Positions 58,814 through 64,000 of a stretch of 64,000 nt of DNA are shown piece by piece (the first letter of the stretch is position 1; the number at the start of each line of letters is the position of its first letter). Under the pieces are notes generated by a model. It was not told where the DNA came from. It searched no databases and saw only the letters and a program-made list of their open reading frames with translations. The stretch is taken from contig AQSA01000002.1 of assembly GCA_000402815.1 (NCBI GenBank), positions 9,062-73,061 on the forward strand, written 5' to 3'. A program made the position numbers and the translations under genes. Source of the DNA: Candidatus Neomarinimicrobium atlanticum. Lineage in GTDB: Bacteria > Fidelibacterota > Marinisomatia > Marinisomatales > Marinisomataceae.

Positions 58814-59104
58814 TTAATAATCTATTAATTCATCATTTACAGTTGTCTTCATTAATTTAGAAGGCTTAAAAACAGGTACATATCTTTCTGGTAAATAAAC
58901 CGGATCTCCTGTCTTTGGATTTCGTGCTTTCTTTGGCAATCTATGCTTTACAGCAAATGTACCAAACCCTCTTAATTCAATTTTTTCATTTTTACTCAAT
59001 GTCGTAATAATTTCTTTGAAAGATGTATTAATAACAGCTTCCACTTCTAGTTTAGTTAATCCCGTTTTCTTTGAAACGCTATCTACTATATCTTGTTTAA
59101 TCAT
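58814..59104 (-). CDS. HU/IHF-family DNA-binding protein
   Basis: 96 aa. IELRGFGTFAVKHRLPKKARNPKTGDPV beta-arm motif. Confidence 0.85.
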   Translation of the reverse strand: MIKQDIVDSVSKKTGLTKLEVEAVINTSFKEIITTLSKNEKIELRGFGTFAVKHRLPKKARNPKTGDPVYLPERYVPVFKPSKLMKTTVNDELIDY

Positions 59105-59127
59105 AATAATAATTCTCCATCAAATTT

Positions 59128-60885
59128 TTACTTAACAAATAAGGTTAATTTTTGACCGGGATAGATTCTAGAAGAATTTTTTCTAATACTATTCCACTCC
59201 CTAATCTTGCTAACCTCTAAGTTATGTTTGTCTGCTATTCCGCTTAAGGTGTCACCAGACTTGACAATATAAACATTTTTACTCGGAGTATCCTTATCTG
59301 GTTTACTGTTTACAAATAATGACAATTTCTGGTTGGGATAAATATTTGAAGTATTTCCCATATTATTCCACTTCCTTATTTCAGCTGCTCTCGTATTATA
59401 TTGTTCTGCAATATGACCTAAAGTATCTCCACTCTTCACTTTATAAATAATCTTTTCAGGATAGTTTGAATACACTCCACCTTTTACCGGAATTTTTAGA
59501 CGCTGTCCAATAGTCAGCTTGTTAATATTGCTAATGTTGTTTATCGTCTGTAAATCTGCAACAGATACACGATATTTAGAAGCAATCGAAATGAAGTTTT
59601 CGCCCTTTCTAACTCGATGTTCTATTTTTTGTACTGCAAACTTTTGTTCATCAGGTAGAGCATTAAATTTTTTATAGAAACTATCTTTCTTGCCATACGG
59701 TATATTAAGATTATAAGATCCACTTGATGGTGTTGCTGGCTGCCTTAACTCTGGATTGAGACGTTGAATAGTACTTCGTTTTGTACCTGCAGCTTTTGCA
59801 AGGATGGTTAGGTCGGCACTTTTCTTAATAATGACTTCATCATATTTAAGAGGGTTAGACTTTGGAATTTTGAATCCATATTTTTCTGGATCTCTTAAAA
59901 TAATTGCTGATGAAAGAAAGTATGGGATATAATTTTTAGTATCTTTGGGTAAAGAGTATAATTGCCAATAATCAGAGGTTTCATGTAATTTTAATGCACG
60001 ATTAACTCTTCCTGGACCTGTGTTATAAGCCGCTAATACTAAATACCAATCATCAAATTGCTTGTATAAATCTTTAAAATATTTAGCAGCTGCTTTTGTA
60101 GATTTTTCAGGATCTTGGCGCTCATCAATGTACCAATTTCTTTCTAGTCCATATTGCTTACCAGTTAGATACATAAATTGCCACAAACCTACCGCCTTAG
60201 CTCTTGATACTGCCTTTGGATCAAAACCAGACTCAATCATTGAAACAACAATTAGCTCTTCAGGAAGATCATACTCTTGTAATATTGGTAGCATCATATC
60301 TCTATATTGAACATACCTTCTCAGCCAAATATTAAAACCTTTTCGTCCCTTACCTTGAAAATATCTAATATAACTCTCAACCTGTGAATTTATCACGAGT
60401 GGAATATGACCTTCTCTATCATCAATGATAGTAAATTTTGTTGTACCCATTTCTACTGATTCATTCTGATTAGTTATTGATGCAATATCTCTTCTAATCA
60501 AGTCTGCTGTTAAGAATTGAGTTGAGCTACCTATTGTATTTAATCTTGTTGTATATATTTGAATAAAATCGGATTGGAATTTTTCAAATTCTATTTTATC
60601 AAGCTCTTCTCTTACTCCTAATTGTTCAACATCTGACAAAAGTTCAAAAATTCTTTTAATATTATAAACAACCTCTACAGTATCCTGATTGACATCTGCT
60701 ATTACCGCATCCGATAAAAATTGTTTTGCTTCGTTTAAAATAGATGAAATACGATTTCCATTACCAAGAAAAGCTGCATCACTAGTATTCATGAATGGCT
60801 TCTTAGATTTTGGAATATTTGAATCTTGTCCCAGGATATAACCTGTTAATATCATTAAAATTATATATGATTTAATCATTCTCAT
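59128..60885 (-). CDS. Membrane-bound lytic murein transglycosylase (MltD-like) with three C-terminal LysM domains
   Basis: Signal peptide. SLT domain VSMIESGFDPKAVSRAKAVGLWQFM ... AYNTGPGRV. Three repeats of the type H/Y-x-V-K/R-x-G-(E/D)-(T/N)-(L/F) ... W-N (LysM). Confidence 0.8.
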   Translation of the reverse strand: MRMIKSYIILMILTGYILGQDSNIPKSKKPFMNTSDAAFLGNGNRISSILNEAKQFLSDAVIADVNQDTVEVVYNIKRIFELLSDVEQLGVREELDKIEFEKFQSDFIQIYTTRLNTIGSSTQFLTADLIRRDIASITNQNESVEMGTTKFTIIDDREGHIPLVINSQVESYIRYFQGKGRKGFNIWLRRYVQYRDMMLPILQEYDLPEELIVVSMIESGFDPKAVSRAKAVGLWQFMYLTGKQYGLERNWYIDERQDPEKSTKAAAKYFKDLYKQFDDWYLVLAAYNTGPGRVNRALKLHETSDYWQLYSLPKDTKNYIPYFLSSAIILRDPEKYGFKIPKSNPLKYDEVIIKKSADLTILAKAAGTKRSTIQRLNPELRQPATPSSGSYNLNIPYGKKDSFYKKFNALPDEQKFAVQKIEHRVRKGENFISIASKYRVSVADLQTINNISNINKLTIGQRLKIPVKGGVYSNYPEKIIYKVKSGDTLGHIAEQYNTRAAEIRKWNNMGNTSNIYPNQKLSLFVNSKPDKDTPSKNVYIVKSGDTLSGIADKHNLEVSKIREWNSIRKNSSRIYPGQKLTLFVK

Positions 60886-60924
60886 AAGGAAGGGAAATTA
60901 TCTGTAAAGTAATTGAGAATCAAG

Positions 60925-61398
60925 TTAGTGTTTTTTTATTTTATCGATATAGTTAGTTGAGCTATACCCATCATGAAATTTTAATAATTCTACTTTTCCG
61001 CCAGCATCAATGACTTCCTTTGACCCTACTACAGTATCTAATGTATAATCTCCACCTTTTACTAGAATGTCTGGCATAATCATTTTAATTAATTTTAAAG
61101 GAGTTTGTTCCTTAAAACTGACAACATAATCTACGCACACTAATTCTGAAAGTAATAAAGATCTATCGGATAAAGAGTTAATTGGCCTTGATGGACCTTT
61201 TAAATTTTTTACAGATTCATCAGAATTAATACCGACAACCAATATATCTCCTAACAATTTTGCTTGAGATAAATATCTAATATGTCCTACATGCAAGATA
61301 TCAAAACAACCGTTTGTAAATACAATTTTTTTATTACACTTCTTATTAGATTTAATAGCATCTATACTATTTTCGAATTGATATTTATTATTATCCAT
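60925..61398 (-). CDS. Cytidylyltransferase-fold nucleotidyltransferase, RfaE domain II-like (heptose-1-phosphate adenylyltransferase type)
   Basis: 157 aa. VFTNGCFDILHVGHIRYL (HxGH nucleotidyltransferase motif) and a C-terminal GYSST. Confidence 0.6.
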   Translation of the reverse strand: MDNNKYQFENSIDAIKSNKKCNKKIVFTNGCFDILHVGHIRYLSQAKLLGDILVVGINSDESVKNLKGPSRPINSLSDRSLLLSELVCVDYVVSFKEQTPLKLIKMIMPDILVKGGDYTLDTVVGSKEVIDAGGKVELLKFHDGYSSTNYIDKIKKH

Positions 61399-62092
61399 TT
61401 CTTAATTTAATAATTTGATCTTTAATACCCATCGTAATCTTATCACGATCTTCATAAAGACTATTGCTTGTTTTTATAGGATTACCAAAAATAATAGTCA
61501 CAATATTCGGGCTTTTTGTAAATAATCCTCTATTCCACCAGCTGTACGAACCGATGATAGCAACAGGAATAATTGGTAGCCCAGTATCAATTCCAAGTAC
61601 TGCAGCTCCCTTCTTAAAATCCTGTAAATTTCCATCCTTTGATCGTGAACCTTCTGGAAAAATAGCAACTGAACGAGGATATTTTTTCATATCTAATTTT
61701 AAATTTTCTAATGATTTAATAGCATTTTTGTTATTCCTGCGATCTACAAATACAAATCCTGCAGTTTTAATAATAGTATTGAATACAGGAATCCTATCTA
61801 ATTCTTTTTTAGCAACAAAAACTAAATATTGATTAACTGCTATTAATAAAACTTGAAAATCAATTACTGATGAGTGGTTGGGCGCAAAAATATACTGCTT
61901 ATTACAATCGAAATTTTCTCTACCAACAATTCTTAGTTTGATACCGAACAGTCTTCCTAATGTCTTTCCCCAATTAATTCCATAATACTTAAAGTTACTT
62001 TTATTTTTTGAAAGCAAGATTGAGAACATTGACATTGTGCCATAAAAAAATGTCCATATAAAAAGGTTTAGATAAACCCAAATTTTTTTCAA
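61391..62092 (-). CDS. plsC: 1-acyl-sn-glycerol-3-phosphate acyltransferase
   Basis: N-terminal TM, NHSSVIDF (NHxxxxD) and FPEGSRS motifs. Confidence 0.8.
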   Translation of the reverse strand: MKKIWVYLNLFIWTFFYGTMSMFSILLSKNKSNFKYYGINWGKTLGRLFGIKLRIVGRENFDCNKQYIFAPNHSSVIDFQVLLIAVNQYLVFVAKKELDRIPVFNTIIKTAGFVFVDRRNNKNAIKSLENLKLDMKKYPRSVAIFPEGSRSKDGNLQDFKKGAAVLGIDTGLPIIPVAIIGSYSWWNRGLFTKSPNIVTIIFGNPIKTSNSLYEDRDKITMGIKDQIIKLRNG

Positions 62093-63358
62093 TTATTTAA
62101 TCTCCGCTAGGCCCAAATAAGGCTGCAGAGCTACGGGAATTGTAATTGAACCGTCTTCATTTTGATGAGTTTCTAATAATGCAGCAAAAATTCTTGGAGT
62201 TGCAAGACCTGAGCCATTAAGTGTATGTACATAATCTACTTTACCACTTTCATCTCTGAATCGAATGTTTCCTCTTCTAGATTGAAAGTCTTCAAAATTA
62301 CTACAAGAAGATACTTCTAGCCATTTTTCTTCACCTGGTGCCCAAACTTCTAAATCATAGCATTTTGCAGCTGAAAAACCTAAGTCTGCGGTACATAGCT
62401 CTATAATTCTATAATCAAGCTCTAATAAATCTAATAATTTTATTGCCTGATTTTTTAAAGATTCTAGTTCTTCATATGAAGAATCTGGATGTACAAATTT
62501 TACTAACTCGACCTTATTGAACTGATGTACTCTAAGTAAGCCCCTGGTATCTTTACCATAAGAACCCGCTTCTCTTCTAAAGCATGCAGAATTAGCTAAA
62601 TAGTATTTTGGTATAGCAGATAATTCTAAGATTTCATCTTTATGGATATTGGTTAATGGTACCTCTGCTGTTGGTATTAAATACAATTCATCTTTTTCTA
62701 TATGATACATATCTTCATTAAATTTTGGTAATTGACCAGTCGTTATAGCAGAATTTGGCTTTACTAAAAATGGAGTAAAAAATTCTGTATAATTATAGTT
62801 TTTCAAATGAAAATCTATCATAAAATTAAGTAATGCCCTCTCAAGCAATGCTCCATTACCTTTGTAAAGAGGAAATCCAGCACCAGAAATCTTTGCTCCT
62901 GCTTCAAAATCAACCAGATCAAGGTCTTGAGCAATATCAACGTGGCTTTTTGGTGAAAAGTTAATCTCTTTTTTTGATTTACAGTCCTTGATTAAAGCAT
63001 TGTCTTTTTCTGATATTCCAATAGGAACGGAGCTATGAGGAATATTAGGAAGCTCTAAAAGCATGTCCTTTAAGTCTTTAGATTTAGTACGATGTTCTGC
63101 TTCAAGATCTTTAATAGTATTTGATAATTCTTTTAGCTTTGCAAAAACAGAGTCATCAGTCTTTCCTTCAGACTTTAAAATACCAATTTCTTTTGATTGT
63201 TGGTTTTGATCAGATTGTAAATCATTAAGTTTTTTTGTCAATTCTCTTAGGCTTAAATCAGCTGATACAATATTATCTAAATTTATTGATTTATCTCTTT
63301 TTGCAAGTCTATCTTGAATTAAAGACTGTTGCTCTCTTATATTTTTTATATCAATCAT
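62093..63358 (-). CDS. serS: Seryl-tRNA synthetase
   Basis: N-terminal coiled-coil arm. FRREAGSYGKDTRGLLRVHQFNKVE (motif 2). NGSGLATPR (motif 3). Confidence 0.95.
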   Translation of the reverse strand: MIDIKNIREQQSLIQDRLAKRDKSINLDNIVSADLSLRELTKKLNDLQSDQNQQSKEIGILKSEGKTDDSVFAKLKELSNTIKDLEAEHRTKSKDLKDMLLELPNIPHSSVPIGISEKDNALIKDCKSKKEINFSPKSHVDIAQDLDLVDFEAGAKISGAGFPLYKGNGALLERALLNFMIDFHLKNYNYTEFFTPFLVKPNSAITTGQLPKFNEDMYHIEKDELYLIPTAEVPLTNIHKDEILELSAIPKYYLANSACFRREAGSYGKDTRGLLRVHQFNKVELVKFVHPDSSYEELESLKNQAIKLLDLLELDYRIIELCTADLGFSAAKCYDLEVWAPGEEKWLEVSSCSNFEDFQSRRGNIRFRDESGKVDYVHTLNGSGLATPRIFAALLETHQNEDGSITIPVALQPYLGLAEIK

Positions 63359-63361
63359 CTT

Positions 63362-64000
63362 TTATAATTTAATTAATTCTTCTAAGATATTAACATTAAT
63401 CATTTGTAAGGTAATATTTTCTTCATCTAGAATTTTAAGTTCATATTCTCCAGCATTTGAAATCTTTAATTTATTGAAATAGTAATCTGACATGGGATTA
63501 AGGTATAAGTTTTCTTCATGAATATGTATTCCATCCTTAAAGATATGAATCTTAAAATCTTTCTTATTTGTATCAATACCATCTGCAAAACCATATATAA
63601 ATACAGATTCATTTGTATAATAATTTTCATTACCTACAAAAAATTTATAGCTCAAATCTTTCTTTTTAGATACCCAGTCTATTGCTTCTTCAATGTATGT
63701 TTTGTCTCCTTGTAGTAAATATTTATATAAAAGCTTGTCATTTATCAGGACTGATTTAAAATGATTTTTAGAAAAAAATGTTTTTTTTGAAATATTTTTT
63801 ATATCACCTTTATTGGAAAGATTTATTCCAAATAAAGGAGCTATCTTTTGAAATGAATCTAAATCTTCTCCCCCTCCTTTAAACATTATCAAGGAAGTAT
63901 TTTCAGAATATATTTTTTTGATGAAAAGGTTGAACCATCTATCTGAAATGGGCATTTCAGGAAAATTATCAAAAATAACTATATCATATTTCTTAAACCA
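63362..64000 (-). CDS. Hypothetical protein, C-terminal part; reading frame stays open to the right edge
   Basis: The ORF track starts at Met 63955. However, the same frame reads WFKKYDIVIFDNFPE upstream of it to position 64000 with no stop, so the true start probably lies outside the window. No family recognised. Confidence 0.35.
   Translation of the reverse strand, partial: WFKKYDIVIFDNFPEMPISDRWFNLFIKKIYSENTSLIMFKGGGEDLDSFQKIAPLFGINLSNKGDIKNISKKTFFSKNHFKSVLINDKLLYKYLLQGDKTYIEEAIDWVSKKKDLSYKFFVGNENYYTNESVFIYGFADGIDTNKKDFKIHIFKDGIHIHEENLYLNPMSDYYFNKLKISNAGEYELKILDEENITLQMINVNILEELIKL

Overview
AT-rich, very gene-dense 64-kb segment of a diderm bacterium (LolCDE, MltD/LysM transglycosylase, System I cytochrome c maturation and Na+-NQR are all present). 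I call about 70 protein genes, all but three on the minus strand, many with 1-23 nt overlaps. I saw no rRNA, tRNA or CRISPR array. Most of the window is housekeeping:
- pyrH-tsf-rpsB, rpsI-rplM, pyrBC, miaA, xerC/D-like, gcvH
- accBC-efp, a MoxR-DUF58 module, dnaK, lolCDE-lysS-prfB
- cdaA-folP-ftsH-tilS, ccmEF and ccmABCD, methylmalonyl-CoA mutase catalytic subunit
- dxs, pdxST, ispH, nrnA, PduO-type adenosyltransferase, nhaD-like
- nqrABCDEF-apbE, PRODH, pepC, nadK, HU, mltD-like, plsC, serS

The only clearly accessory stretch is a ~3.6-kb island at 7614-11237, between gcvH and accC.
- It has a truncated tyrosine integrase and a 21/22-nt flanking direct repeat built from phased AGTATTTAG motifs.
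- Its cargo is a lone plus-strand SDR gene plus four consecutive membrane or tail-anchored proteins of unknown function.
- Two of those share a G-x-G-C-L-[IV]-P-I-I C-terminal anchor.
- Two transcription units in the island carry a near-identical 40-bp element 7 nt upstream of the start codon.
- This is my best candidate for something undescribed, but its function is pure inference.

Four short genes are missing from the ORF track: ccmD, nqrM, a bS22-like ribosomal protein, and the N-terminal exon of prfB with its +1 frameshift site.

Other points worth a second look:
- a sigma-54-type -24/-12 box with upstream repeats in front of dnaK
- a PNPOx-like::UbiA prenyltransferase fusion
- an archaeal-type (class II) GAPDH homologue
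- a CcmE with CxxxY in place of HxxxY (variant System I)

All calls rest on reading the translations and recalling family motifs. No database search, HMM or statistics were run.
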